In this document: piece after piece, positions 29,141 through 44,654 of the stretch
Numbering within the stretch: position 1 is the stretch's first letter
Layout: the number at the start of each line of letters is the position of its first letter
Source: the human T2T-CHM13v2.0 reference genome, Homo sapiens
DNA length: 64,000 bases
Strand: one strand, 5' to 3'
Assembly (NCBI RefSeq): GCF_009914755.1
Contig: NC_060931.1
The notes under the pieces: generated by a model
Seen by the model: only the letters and a program-made list of their open reading frames with translations
What the model was told of the DNA's origin: nothing
Database searches by the model: none
Program-made: the position numbers and the translations under genes

Positions 29141-29469
29141 GAGTAAATCAAAGTAATCAGAAGAGAAACCCCACCAACTCTCAGTACCACATCTATCCAC
29201 CCACCTACTGGAATCTGCATCCATACACCTGCAGATGAACTACTGGTGCTCTGTGGAAAGCCATTCTGTCCATGGCATGGACATTGCTTTAGCAGTTCTC
29301 TTCTCTCTCTCCTTTGCTCACCACTAGACCATTGCCTGTTATTTCTCCAATCTGAAATCAAACCCAAAAACCTTATCTTCGCTCTGCCGCCTCCTTGCCA
29401 GGGAAGGTGCACGCCACCATAGTCTCTTCGTACTCCTTCATGACACAGCTTTTGAAAGGACTGTATATA

Positions 29470-29997
<528 letters not shown>

Positions 29998-31040
29998 TTC
30001 TTGCTGTCCTCAGGTTTTTTCTTAACATTCTCTTGTGCACCCATTTGTAGTTTCAACCAGGCTTTTACCCCTAGTGCTCTACCAAAAGTATGCTCATCAA
30101 ACTACCAATGACCCACACTTAGCTAGATCCAAAGTGCAAATCTTAGTTCCCATTTTGCTTGCCTTAGTTTGTGGCATTTGACACAGTTGATCATTCCTTC
30201 TTGTCCACTCGTTTTCTTTTCTTGGTTTCCAGAACACAGCATTCTGGTATTTTCCTTCCGCCCTGCTTACTGGTTGCTCCTTCTCAGTCTCCTGTTGCAT
30301 ATTCATGACCTTTTAATGTTAGAAGATACTACCTATATGCCAACAACTCCCAAACGTATTTTGCTGGGTCCAAACTCCATGTTTGTATACCCAACTGCCC
30401 ATTCAACATCTCCACTCAGGTATCTAATAGCTGAAGCTTAGCATGTCTCCTGATCTTACCCTTCTCCGTTCGTCTATTCTACTGGTGAATCTTCCCGATC
30501 TTATTTGATGGACCCCAGCCATCTTTACATTTGCTCAGATAAAAAAGGAGTCATTCTTGATTCCTCCTTTTCTTTCATTCCTAACGTTCCATCCGTCTTC
30601 TTTCAGAATGTATCCAGTTCTGACCACTTCTTGCCTTCCTCACTGCCGCTGCCTTGATGTAATCTCTTATGATTTCCTGCCCAGATTACTATCATAATCT
30701 CCTAATTTGTTTCCTCTGCTCCATCCTTTTCTTGTCACAGTGTCTGTTTTCAACACAAAAGGCAAAATAATTCTTTCAAATGTGAAGTCAGCTCTGTGTC
30801 TTCATCTCCTGCTGCCTCCCGCTCCTGCATTCTGCTCTAGCTGCAGTGGTGGTGCCTTTGTTGCTAATGTGCATTGGCTGTTATCTTTGCTTTTCTTCCG
30901 ATGACTGGGCATCCCATACCTCTTTGAGTTTTTGATAAAATCAATCTCAGTGCGGCCTGCCCTGATATTACAGCTGTGGCCCTGCACCCCTGTTCCCTTT
31001 CCTGCTCTCCATGTTCTTTTTTCCATTTCACTTATCCCTA
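29998..31040 (+). mobile_element. L2 3' region (also present at about 29150-29465)
   Basis: gcatttgacacagttgatcattccttc, caactgcccattcaacatctccact..gtatctaatag, gagtcattcttgattcctc. Confidence 0.75.
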
Positions 31041-31044
31041 CTGT

Positions 31045-31290
31045 CAGTGCTTTCTTTGACTTTTCACTTCATTCATGATGTCTTTTCAGTACAGAACTTT
31101 TAAAATTTTAGTGGAGCCACACATTTCAACCTTTTTTAAATATATAATTTGTTACTATTAAAAAATTTTTATTTTTTACACTTTAAAAAATGAGATCAAA
31201 TATACATATAAAATTTACCATCTTCACCATTTTGAGTGTATATCAGTGGCAATCAATTTATATTCTTTTTTCTGCCTTCATTTCTCCCTC
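31045..31290 (-). mobile_element. L1M fragments
   Basis: atgatgtctttt..gaacttttaaaattttagt; catataaaatttaccatcttcaccattttgagtgta. Confidence 0.6.
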
Positions 31291-32308
31291 ATTTATAATA
31301 ATCCTACAGTATCCCAAGGTCATTTAGTTTTGGGGTACAATGTTTAAGAATGGGCTAGGTAAAATTAGGCCTGAATGGGGGTTGAGAATAAGGACTTGAT
31401 TCAAGTTCTCTTTCATTCCCTCCTAATGAACATTGGCCAGACTCCCAATTTTGGCAACCAGCCAAAAATACCTTCCTGAAAAAATGCTAGCTGTATCTTC
31501 AGATGCTGAGATGTGGATATTGGGCCTCCTTCCCAAACTGATGAGAGGTACAGATGACTGACGTTACCTCTTCCATCTCTAATGTGAGTCATTGCAGGGC
31601 CTACATGCAATGTCATTTCTCAGGATGAACAGTGATTACAGCACATATTGGTTTGTGTATTATCCACCCACGAGTTTATGAAGCAAGCATTTTTTCCTAT
31701 TTTTATTTTTTAAAAAATATTTCCATGTAAATTAGAATCTAAACTAGACAGTTCTGTTTAAGCAGGCAAAATTCAGCTAAAGTCCTGTTTTCTGAGAATA
31801 CATTCCATACCTCACTTGCCTCTTGGAGATTTCAAAGGCTTTTATATACCTGGTAATTTGCAGGAATTGCTTTTATTTTGTGGTTTCTCAGGGACTTCTA
31901 ATATCTCTCTTGTAAGATGTTTGCAGATGTCAATAGCTACTAGCTCTGAGGGGTTAGAGTAACAAGATCATTCTGTGGTATCTTGTTTTCTGCTTGTGCT
32001 ATTAGTTCTTTTCTAGCTTCATGAGAGACATATAATCAGACTCTGAAGGTGCCTTGTTTTTTATTGGGATGTTTGTTGATACACTTTTTATTTTCCTTCA
32101 TTCTTTTGAGGGTATTTTGTCCTGTGGAGTGTCTTAAAAGCAAGATTCTTATTTAGACAAACATTTTCAAACATTTAGTTGTACCTCAACCCATAATCTT
32201 CATTTGAAGGCTCATTGGAACAGTGTTTCTTACCTTTTATTCCTAGTTTTGGAATTACAGCCAACTGACATTCCTTTCTACCTCTGTGCTGTTTCAGAAT
32301 ATGTGGGG

Positions 32309-32441
32309 AGACAGATGTAGCGGTGCATGCTTATAGTCCTAGCTACTCAGGAGGCCGAGATGGGAGGACTGCCTGAAGCCAGGAGTTCAAGACTAGCCTG
32401 AGCAACATAGTAAGACCCCATATCTTTAAAAAAAAAAAAAA
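32309..32441 (+). mobile_element. FLAM_A-like Alu monomer
   Basis: gcttatagtcctagctactcaggaggccgag...ccaggagttcaagactagcctgagcaacatagtaagacccc + poly-A. Confidence 0.88.
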
Positions 32442-34359
32442 TGTAGGTAAGTTGCAGGATTTTGGGTTCTGAGGCAAATCATAAGGCTATGTAAGGTCAG
32501 TGTCGTTATTTTGTTCAATTCATTTTTCAAAATGTTCACTTAGTCTTTAGTAATCACAGAGCTACCCTCAGAAAATAGAATGTCCACTGTTGTTTGGTGA
32601 ATATGAGTACGCTGACACTTCTTTATTCCTGAGGGCTGGTTGTGATAACCATTGATTTTGTCTTTATTTAAAATCCTGTTTATTACCGGCACCTGGTATC
32701 TTCTGTCTGGCAAGCATTCTTACGTATGATTGAGCGCCATCACCAACTCTGCTTTACAGCTTATGTTACACTTGGCTCCTTAAGAGATCTCTGATTTGTA
32801 ATCTATTTTTATAAAATATCCATAATCCTGTACATCTGTCCCTTGTGTTAACCAGGATTCCCCTAACCCAGGCAATTTCTATGCATCCCATTTCCTTTAT
32901 TTTCTATAAGAAAACCTCAATGTTATTTTGTTCCTCTAAAGATTTTCATGTTTACGGTCATATCCTTCCCATTAGACAGTGATCATGACACACCTGGGCC
33001 TTGATCAGAGCTCAGCCACCCCAGAGGCTTCTATCTGGAGTATGTTGATTTCCACATATGATCTGGGAGAAGGAGCTACCTTAAGTTTCTAGAAGAGCAC
33101 TGGAATGATGATCATTATGCCCTCTGCCCCCACTTTTTTTAACAGGAGGTAGAAAACAGCTGATTAGTGAATATGAAACTCAAATTTCCTTGACACTGAA
33201 AGTGTTATCTGCATTCTCATAAGAGGTTTTCTTGGTCGTAGTCAATGAATTGAAATGTTTGTATGTGCTAGAGGCATGGAGGCTTAGTTTGCATCGAGGA
33301 GGAAGCATCTATTTCATAGATCCCCTTAACCATAATATCGACCTTAGGATGATTTTTAAATGGGGCATTGAAATGATGAAGGCTGTTTACTTAAGAGTAG
33401 CGGCTATTTAGGAAAAAATGTAATATCTGCTTTGAGTACAGTTTGGACTGCACAGAGGTGTCTTGTTTTGTCAGGTGCATAATAGGTGGCAAAGGTTCGG
33501 CCAGATTGGATAAGCATAGAGGATGTGGAATCAATGGTGTACATCTAGGGTAGGGGTTAGTCCTTGATTTTCTCCTGTCTTTCTATACTTTTTGCAAATA
33601 TTTTCCTGGAGGTTCTCAAGTCTGCAAAGCAGTCCTGTTCTCCTAGCATACTTGATCTTTGTATATCAGTCTGCATGTTTCTTTGGAGCTACTTAAATCT
33701 AACTGTAGTTATTGAGTATGTACTAATGAGGGAGGTACTGTACTTGGCTCTGGGGAGTTAAAGAAAAACAAATGGGTCTTTTTTGTCTTGGAACTTATAG
33801 GCTTCTGGGAGGGAAACATTAAAGTGAAGTATACCAACTGGTGTAGTCAGGATCTCTTATTTCTTATACAAAGACAAAAGTCTCTTGACTTACGCATGTC
33901 ATCATGACTCCACATTGGATTCCTACTCCTTTATCCTCCCTTTCTACACCATTGTCAGTTCCCGTTAATTCATTTCTTCAAGTGGTTCTCATCATCTCTC
34001 GGGCTCCTGTCCTTTCCTACTTCTGTTACCTTCATCTAGATAGACCCTCTTATATCATCTAAAAATGGCATTGCTTAGAATAGCCACCTCTTTTAGGAGA
34101 AGTCTGGGGCCTATGAGATAATGAAGTAAGTGTGTATGTGTTGACATACTATTTCTTCCTGCCTCTCTTCTTTTGGTTTTTCTGTTTTTTCCAACTTTAA
34201 TTTTCCTCCTATTTCTTTACTATCCTGCAAACTCATATTAAATCTGACCTTGTCAATGAAACATTTCCTGATTACTTCTTTCCACTTCCCTGAACACTTA
34301 TAGCATTTAGTCCCTAGTCTGTATCACATGTATTAGCATAGCACTTAATCAAAACACTT

Positions 34360-34682
<323 letters not shown>

Positions 34683-35169
34683 TCATATCTGTAGGATTTC
34701 TGTTATTACTATTTTAAGTTTCATAATTTTTGAGTCCAGGATTATATATGTATTTACAGAATGCTTTGTATGGAACTAACAGTTGGTAGGTGCTCAGTAA
34801 AGATTTTTTGAGTAATAGAATTGGATTTAAAATATCTATAAATATTTGAAGGGTCCTAATACTTAATTGAGCTTCTTCTGTAATACAGTTTATGCCTCTA
34901 TGTCTGTGTTAAAGACCATTTGTTTCCAGTTTGGGTAATTACAAACACTTCATTTCTTATTTGTGAGCCTGTTATGTGAAAAAGGTAGCCCTATTCTCAG
35001 TAAAGCATTTCAACCAAATACTTTTAATCATTTATTATGTGTCTTAACACATTTAATATTTGCGATACTAAGAGATAACCAATTTCAGACACATTCCTAT
35101 ATCTTGTGCTGTTGTACATGTTCATTTGATTTTGTTCATTCCTGATGTCATGTTTTATTTTACTTTTAG

Positions 35170-35259
35170 GATAAGAACAAGAAACTGCGTCCCCTGTATG
35201 ACATTCCTTACATGTTTGAGGCCCGGGAATTTCTTCGAAAAAAGCTTATTGGGAAGAAG
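35170..35259 (+). CDS. SND1: SND1 (staphylococcal nuclease and Tudor domain containing 1) internal coding exon, 90 nt, phase 0/0, in the third SN domain region
   Basis: tttag|GAT AAG AAC AAG AAA CTG CGT CCC CTG TAT GAC ATT CCT TAC ATG TTT GAG GCC CGG GAA TTT CTT CGA AAA AAG CTT ATT GGG AAG AAG|gtaagt = [30 protein letters not shown], which I recognise as SND1; consensus AG and GTAAGT splice sites. Confidence 0.97.
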
Positions 35260-35849
35260 GTAAGTAATTGATGACAGAAGCATATTTGCAAGTGGTTGGG
35301 CTTAAGCTAATCTTTTGGAGGCAATTGTTATAAGCTGGGCCCTTTACCAGCAGATGACACTTCTCCATCAAGTCAAATGGAATTACTTTGATATGAAGAG
35401 AGGCGTGTTTATGTGTCAGAAACGGTACCCGATGGGAGAGGTTTAAAATTGGGGCCCTGACCACAGTTTGATTGCCAATAGTCTCACAGCAGGGTCCGGG
35501 CTCAACTCCAGTTTTAATAATTGCATATTGCCCTGAGCTCCATTCAGTTGGCTCTCTTGTTCTCTCCAGCCACCTTCATTAAATGTCCAGGGCTATGGAA
35601 TTTACTAGCGAGGGAAGGTTGCTGCTTTTTCATGCTTCCCCTACTTCTGAGGGATAGGCTGGCTATAAGGGGAAGAGGGGATGACCTGGACTAAGAGCAC
35701 GCCTATTGTAATGCACTGTGGCATCAATGCTCCCTCTATTCTTCTGGCTGGCAGAATTTCCTATACCCTGTGGGAGTTTTTTTTTTCAGGAAGGGGTGTG
35801 TGGCTTCCTGATAGTTCATGTGCAGATTTTTGTGTAGCTTGATGGCTTC

Positions 35850-36248
<399 letters not shown>

Positions 36249-37529
36249 TAGGATGATAATTATAGTAAGAGATTTTGAAGTTGGACATAAGGTAAAATTG
36301 CTAATTTTGAGGAAGAGAAACCAAACTGGATTCTCAAAAATGAGTATTCGATCTACTCAGGTTTCTTCAGAGAATAGGTTCATCTGTCATTGTACAAAAC
36401 TTGACAGCATGCTGTATTCATTCATGAGGTGGAGTACGAATGATGGCTTTAAGCTTCTTTCAATTTCTAGATCTCCTGTTATCTGATCTAATGTCTGACA
36501 TCTCTATTACACCAAGTTGATATCATTTCGCTCATTTACTGGCTTATAAACAGTTGCTTACAGATAGCCAAGGAATTTCTTCACAAGTGTGGGTTTCTAT
36601 TGAAATTTATCTAAAATCACATTGAAAGGAGTGGCAGCACATATCTGATTCGTGTGTAGCCAGTTGTGTGGCGTGTATTATGGCATCCACCTGGTTTATT
36701 TGAATATTGCCTTAACCCTGATTCTGTTTCATCCCTGGGACCATAGATCATAGCTTATTGCAGCAGCTGCTAATGGCCTTGGAAGGTTAGACCAAGGTTC
36801 TGCTCTCAAGAACTGTATGCCAGGCCATTGTAAAGTGCTCTGTCACAGGATAAAAGGACTAACCTCCAGTGTCAGATATGGAGTCAATTCTTAATCAATT
36901 AGGTTCCCTCTTGGTGAGAGAAGCCTCCTTTATTGGTTCCTGTGCAACAGAGTTGATTGTATTCTATTTGTGCTGAGCTCAAGTTTTGTTCCCCAGAGTG
37001 ACATTGTATAAATGATGAATATTGTATCCCTGAGTAGTGAGTAGGATGCAACTCAGCTCTGCTGGGCTGGAACATTCCTGATGCAAACTGCTTTTCCTGA
37101 CTCACCACCTGAAACCACTTGCCTGTCTTCTGGGCCTGTCACTTGCCACAGTGAACACCCATGTACTCTGGCGTCTGGGAGCAGGCAGGGCAGTTGCTGC
37201 CTCAGGGGAGTGGCTAGCACATCATTGCACATTTCTACCAATTCCCTTCAGACCTCTGCAGCTGTTCAGCATGGCACATGGTGATTAAGAGGCACCACGA
37301 GGGAGCATGTGTATCTATGTGCCTGTGTGCACGAAAGCTGATTAGGGCAGCCTGTCACAGCTTAAGAAAGATAATGGAGGTAAAATCATCTTCTCTGCCT
37401 AGACTATTATTTGACCTTCTCAGGGATTCCATAATATGACAATTTTGAGGAGTTGCTAGAATGCAGAGAAATAAGACTGAAGGTAAACTGCTAAGGTGTT
37501 TTGTTGGCTTTGATGACCTCCATCCTAGT

Positions 37530-37690
37530 TTTTGGAAATGGATTCACTTCCTGGATTTAATTCTGGATTAATGCCTTTAATTAAATTACCCATACTTCTC
37601 TTGGAGGCTTTGTTTCGTAATTTGTGAACCGGGACTATTACTTGCTTTCCTTCTCTCATGAAGTTGAGTTATGAGAATATAGGATGATGG
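37530..37690 (+). mobile_element. MIR (degenerate)
   Basis: cctggatttaattctgg...taaattac..acttctcttggaggctttgtttcg. Confidence 0.45.
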
Positions 37691-40600
37691 TAGTATTTCA
37701 TGTTTGTCCAGATGCCAGTAAAGTATATGGTTTGATTTTGCTTAATACTGTTTTTATATAGAATCTTTCATAGCCCTACTTTTTCAGTTATGATATATTC
37801 CTGGTTCTGAGGTTATGAGAAGTGCATCAGCGTGCGACTAATCTGACATCATAAGGAGTATTTTTCCCTTTCTTTGTTGGTTCTGCTGACTTTATTGCCT
37901 TTTCAACCCATTGCATGAATTCCAGTGTTATTTAATTAGATGTGCATGAGGGCTTTAGCTTTCAGAAGATGAGTATGTGCTGGTGCTAAAGGGTGTGTAT
38001 GTGTGTGTTTCTAATTGAGAGAGTGGTAGAAGAATACTGTGTGTATCCTTGAAGCATTTTGGAAACTCCCTCAATTGCCATACTGCCTAGTAGAACTCTC
38101 TTCCCATCTCCTGTTTACCATCTGCCCTCTTTCACTAAAATCTTGACTAAGGAATATTCACAGCAAAGAGTTTTGTGTTAATTTCTTCACAAGCTCATCA
38201 TGAAATGGAATTTGTAATAACTTTAACATGTTTTCTGGTTTTCCAGAATGATTTTCTCGCTGTGTGAATACGATGGTGAGACTGGTGTCCTTAGGCTGTG
38301 GTCTTCTTCTGATAGCAGGAGCAATCTTTTTCTGTGTTTATAATTTATTTCCCTTAACGCTTAGAGATCAGTTTGCATTGCCCTAGTCATTTTGCTTTCA
38401 GGAGAATAAGGTAGTAACTGGGATCTTCATTGGGATTTCCCTCCAGCTATCTTATAAAATATCTAAAGTTGAGACTCAGTATGGTTTATCCATGTGATAC
38501 AGTTTTTTAAAATGACATATGAGTCATTTCTATAGCTCTTGTCCCTTAATTGCAGAATTTCTATCACCATGGGAACCATTGTATTTAAACTTGCAATTTG
38601 TTTGGACAACTGGAGTTTCAAAAATGATGGAAAAGATGGAATTGTAAGAAGCCAGAGTGCATTGAAGCTTCTGTGCTGACAGTAGATGCTCATTGTAAAC
38701 TGTTCTATCATCAGAGACTGTCCTGAAAATATATGCCTATTGCTTTAATGTCCCTTTTACTATTTCTTTTGATGAGCAAATATTGGGGATGAGCCTCATT
38801 TGTAAACTAACAGCAGCCTTTTTGTGGCTTTCATGCCATTGAAATTTGTTATCTGAACTAACCCAGCTCTTTTTAGGCACTTAGAATTGGGCATTTTTCT
38901 TGATCAGTGCAGACATTTGGGAAGTTATGGGGCTATAAATCATTTAGTGAGTTATTTCAAATCCAGATTGCCTTAGATTGTTGTTCTCTTTTCAAAATCT
39001 GTCTTTCTTGAGGTATGTACTTTTAGGGTGTGGAGATGGAAATGATCTCCATGTGCACCAGACTTATAAATCCAGAATTTCCAAGACTAATCTCTTGATC
39101 TTCTGGTGGACATCTGGCTCTCCTCCGGTGTTATGGGAGTTACCCCATTATCTATTGCTATCAGACATCTTTGACACCCTTATTCCAGTCCCTCACCCAC
39201 TTCTGCTGGATATGTATCTGAATGATTCCTCCTTTCCAGTGCACGGCGCCTACCTTGCTTATATCTCGTCTAGCCTGGACTCCTATGTGGCCTTCCTACT
39301 GGTTTTGCCACAAGAATCAGGGTGTTAGACTACCTCCTCGTATCAGTAATCCAAAATCAATCTGGAAATGGTTAATATATGTAATGATATTATCTCTATT
39401 CTGGGTAAATGTGCTTCTGTGAGCTAGGTTGGCAACCCAACTACTGTTTATAGACTTGTTTCTATAAAATAAAATAAAATATTCTAAATGTCTAAGCAGA
39501 GTTTTGGAGATGTGGCTCATTTGTAATTTGGTGGCTACCATTTTATGATTTTCATGCCATTGAAATTTCTTCTGTGAAGTAGACTATTTTTTTTGGTAAA
39601 GCATTTGATAGAATGCCGATTATATCTTCAAGGGTTAGGACTGCTGTTTATTGGGTTCTCTCTTCATAGTAAGCACTGAACTCTGAGAACTTTGTTTTCA
39701 CTTTTAATTTTTGCCTCCACCCTGCAAGATCTACATGTTGTTCTGGTCTTTACAAGTAAAGAAACTGGAGCCCACAGAAAAGTACTTTACTCAGATGCCA
39801 ATGCTTTTAATTGCTATGCTGAATTAAAGACTTTTAGAAATGTTTACTTCTCTGTTGTGTATACTGAGTCAGATATAGACAGGGTCGTGGTATTTTTGGA
39901 ATAATGTCTGTTCCTGTATATAATACATCCTTTACATGCTGCAAGAAAGTAGATTTCTTCAGGTAGTCTGTGGCTATCAGGAGGTGGTAATAGCACTGTA
40001 TATCTGCCTTCAGAGTGCTTTTAGCCCTCTAGACAGTATCTCATTAGTCTTTCAGATGTCCCTGTGAAGTTGTGTTTCATCAAGTCGTTCTTCAGAGAAA
40101 GCAGTGTCAGATTACATGTTCTTCGCCTAAATATACAGACAATGTGAAGTCCTCGATAACATTGCTAAGCCAATTTTGAAGCTTGATTTCTCTTTCTCTT
40201 CATTCGCTTGGCATAGGTGTGACTTCTGGGAGCATCAGGGAGAAAGGAAGGACAGGTGTTGCTTTTTTTTATCTTGGCACAGGGTCACGGAGAAGTTGAG
40301 GGGCACTGTAGGTGCTTGTTCCACTGTATGAGAATAGATCTCCGAAGGTACCGGGAGTAACATTGCTTAGCAGGACCAGTTTTTCACTCTGCTAGTGAGA
40401 GCTCTTCAAGGGCACACAGCTTTCCTGAGGAGGACTCCACCCTTCTCCCTGGCTATTTATCAGGGTTGTGCTTTTCCTTAAAAACACTTGTGTTCTGTCT
40501 GTTGCAGTGTGTTACCTAATCAGCTGTGTTAAGTACAAAAAGCTGGGATTCTGGGGATTCTTGTTCCTAATTACCTCTATTTAAGTTTGGATTTTATAAA

Positions 40601-41234
40601 CATTTCTTTTGTCATCTCCACATTTTTCACCTCATATTAATTTGATTCATTCATGCTATGGAAAAGTCCTTTACATTAATGATCAAAGCAGGCCCTAAGG
40701 TTGTGAATGCATTGTGATTTAAATTGACAGGTTTATACAAGGTTGCTTGTCCTTGCCTCCTCAGTGCCAGCTGTTCGGTGTGGCTGTAAATTTTTTGAAC
40801 AAATGACTGAAGATATTTGCCAAATTGAGAGCTGTTTTGAATGACTTGTAATTTCCGACCATGCATTTTTCTAGGAAGAGTTCTCCCACTTGGAAGTGGT
40901 AGTAATGTGTCAACATGCATTGGAGACCATGTTTCATTTTAGATGCTCTTTACCCTTTGGGTTTTGGGAAGGATCCTAATCTTTTACCCCTTGATTCTTG
41001 AGCTCTCTTGTAAAGAGAAGGTTGATTAACAGAAATGACTGGAGTTGCCTGTTTCTGGAAGCTCAGCAAGGTAGCTTTCTTCCTGCTGCCACCTAAATGG
41101 TCTTTTCGATAATGAGTTTTTGGTTGTTTGTTGTTGTTGTTTTCCCTGCAGACTCTGAAAAGTACCTCTGTTCTTTGAGGACTATCAGGGTGTTGAGCTG
41201 AGCACACATTTCTTTGGTGAAGTGTGTTATTTGT

Positions 41235-41547
<313 letters not shown>

Positions 41548-43025
41548 TGAAGTGTGTTATTTGTGTGATGTATGTTGTAATATCCTCTTTAAAAAGCATC
41601 TCTAAGTTAAATGAAGAAGCTAGAGTTTTCAACTGCGTTCCTGGAAATTTCTTCCGTATGCTCACCTGAGGGAAATGATTTATTAGCTACCAGAATCCTC
41701 GAGATTCTCATATCTCTGGGATATACTCTTATATTAATTTGCTTATTATTAAAGACTTTCTTACTTGGACTCCCAAGTTGCTCATATTTTTCTGGTGAAT
41801 GTTCCCATATTTATAACATGATTTGTGGTCGGCTTGTCTTAAGCCACCCACTCCTGATCTTTTCAGCTGGGTTTCTGAAATGTCGTCCTTGGGGCTGGAA
41901 CTTTCCATGCTTACTCTCTGCAAACCAAGATTTTATTTTAGGGGAGATTTGTGCTGAATCAGCTCAGCTGTGTTTGGGGGTAGGGAGAGGACAGGCTTTT
42001 TTTCCCACTTTAAAAATAACCCTTATGTGCCAAAAAACCCTATAAAATGTGCTGAATTGCAAATCTTCCAACTTCCTATACCTCCTGGTTTACAGAGAAT
42101 AGATTCTTTTGAGCTTGGGCTTGATGATACTGTGCAGAATATCTTATGTTGTAGACGAGTGTGAAGTGAGGCTGGATGCAGATGTGCTCATTTGGAAAGG
42201 AAACCTGACTATTGCTATCTTTTTTCAGTATTTTTTTCTCCAGCATACGATCAGTTTTGTCCACTTACAAGGATCTATGTAGGGATACTAGATATAAATT
42301 TTCTAATGAGAAAAACGTTTTCTTGTGTATCTGCAAAATAACCCATATCATTCAGAAAGAGTCCAATTGGAAAGCACCAACATTCCAGGGTTTCTATGTA
42401 AGTGGATCTCTTTTTGTTATGCTCTGTAAAGTTGGGCTAATTGTTTAGGTTGCTTGAATATTTCTTTCCCAAGGGTATAAACAGTTTGTTTGCGTGTGAG
42501 AAGGTAGGATGCACAAGTGTCTGTTGGTTCTAAGGTTGAAATTTGTCGACTTTTTATAGTTGGGTGATAGAAGTGATATTTTAAAGGCTACATCTTCATA
42601 ATTTGGGTCATGTAGTTGTAAGTTAAAAAATGAGCCCCTTGTTTTAATGTATTTAAAATCTGAGTGATACTTTTTGCTCTTATGTGAAAGAAATTATTTT
42701 TATTGACACCCAGAATTGGCTTTTTTTTACTTTTACCTGAGCAGTTATCTTCTTCTGGCAAAACTTAAGGTATCCCTAAAGTGTAACAGTTCTATCCCAT
42801 GAGTATTGCTAGCTTGGACAGTCCTTCCTGATGTTTTCATGATGATATGTGTAGTGGGGTTGCACAGCATCTCCCCAGAATACCCATCCATCTCGAACCT
42901 TAGAGTGTGACCTTATTTGGAAATAAGGTCTTTGCAGATGTAATTAGTTAAGGTAAAATTAAGTGATACTGGATTATGATGGACCCTAAATTCATTGACC
43001 AGTATCCTAATAAGAAGACGATCTA

Positions 43026-43174
<149 letters not shown>

Positions 43175-43175
<1 letters not shown>

Positions 43176-43234
43176 GAAGAAGAAGGAGGAGGAGGAGGGG
43201 AGAAGAAGAGAAGGAGGAGGAGGACGAGGAGGAG
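43175..43234. repeat. (GAA)n/(GGA)n polypurine tract
   Basis: 60 nt with a single pyrimidine (C at 43225). Confidence 0.9.
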
Positions 43235-44346
43235 TATTGGGCACAGAGAGAAAGAGACCATGTGACAGTGGAGGTAGAAATTGGAGTGGTTTTAGCTACA
43301 AGCCAGGAAATGCCAACAATTGCCAGGATGCACCAGCTAGGAAGAGGCAAGGAAGGATACCTCCCTGGGGCCTTTAGAGGTATAATGATCCTGCCTACAC
43401 CTTGATTTTCAACTTGGAGCTTTTGGAATTTTGAGGGGGTAATTTGCGGTACTTTGTTATGGCAGCCCTAGGAAAGCAATTTAGCTTGTATCTGGCCACT
43501 TGACTCTTGGCCGAACCTCTTGTTTCTGGGTTTCTACTTCAGTAGTTAGTTTCTTTACCAAGTAATCTGTGAGATAGGGTTTGATAATGTCAGCATTCTT
43601 TCATCTCCGATTTCATGCCTGTTTTGTCTTACTTCCTTTATTTGTGTTTATTCTTTCTGTGAATACTCCTCCTGGGTGGTAATGCCTTCCCTCCTGCAGA
43701 CCAGCTGACAGTTGGTGTGGAGGAATTGATACACCCAAGCACATTTCCAGTGTTGTCCATAGGCTTACCTCCAAACCAGTGTCCTGTTTTCTTTCCTTGA
43801 AGCATGAACACTGATGTCCACTTAAGAAGGCTGCCCTGTCTCATGGCCATCCCAGTCACAGGGCCTCCATCACTTCTACTTAGTAATTAGCAGCATTTTG
43901 AAATATGACACACCCTGGGAGAAATCATTCCTGGCAGGAGCTCTTGGTGAGCCGTGCTCATCCCATTCAAGGTTGATGAATAGAACATTAAGAATAATTA
44001 GCACAAGACTGTCTACTGGAACACTATCTCTTTTACATAGAGCATTATGTGGCACTGTGCAGGAATTTTCTTCAGTAACTATAGGAATCCCAGGTGTTCT
44101 CCTTAACCTGGCCTTTTTGGATAAGATATTTTTTCTGCAGCTTTGCCTTCTCACCTCTTCTGGCTTCAACAAGTGGGCTGGGCTGAAGAGCAAGTCCTCT
44201 GAAAGGTATTTGCTCAATAGTTGGTGTGCTTATTTTTTTTAGAACTCAGTCCCTGAAGCTTTGGTCATGTGTAAACACTTGCTATGTTAAGAAGGCCTTA
44301 ATACGTTAACAAGTAACCTAGTAACACCAATTCATTTCTCAAACTC

Positions 44347-44644
44347 TTTTTTTTTTTTTTTTTTTGTAACAGTGTCTCGCTCTGTCACCCAGGCTGGAGT
44401 GCAGTGATGCGATCTTGGCTCACTGCAACGTCTGCCTCCTGGGTTCAAGCAGTTCTCATGCCCCAGTCTTCTGAGTAGCTGGACTACAGGCATGTACCAC
44501 CAAGCCCAGCTAATTGTTGTATTTTTAGTAGGGATAGGGTTTCACCATGTTGGCTAGGGGTCTCGAACTCCCAATCTCAGGTGATCTGTCTGCTTTGGCC
44601 TCCCAAAGTGCTAGAATTACAGGTATGAGCCACTCCACCTAGCT
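44347..44644 (-). mobile_element. AluS
   Basis: poly-T, full antisense Alu. Confidence 0.92.
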
Positions 44645-44654
44645 AGTTCATTTT

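Noticed and set aside
43876-44242. Overlapping antiparallel ORFs of 113 and 114 aa
   Set aside because: No domain similarity or splice support; likely chance
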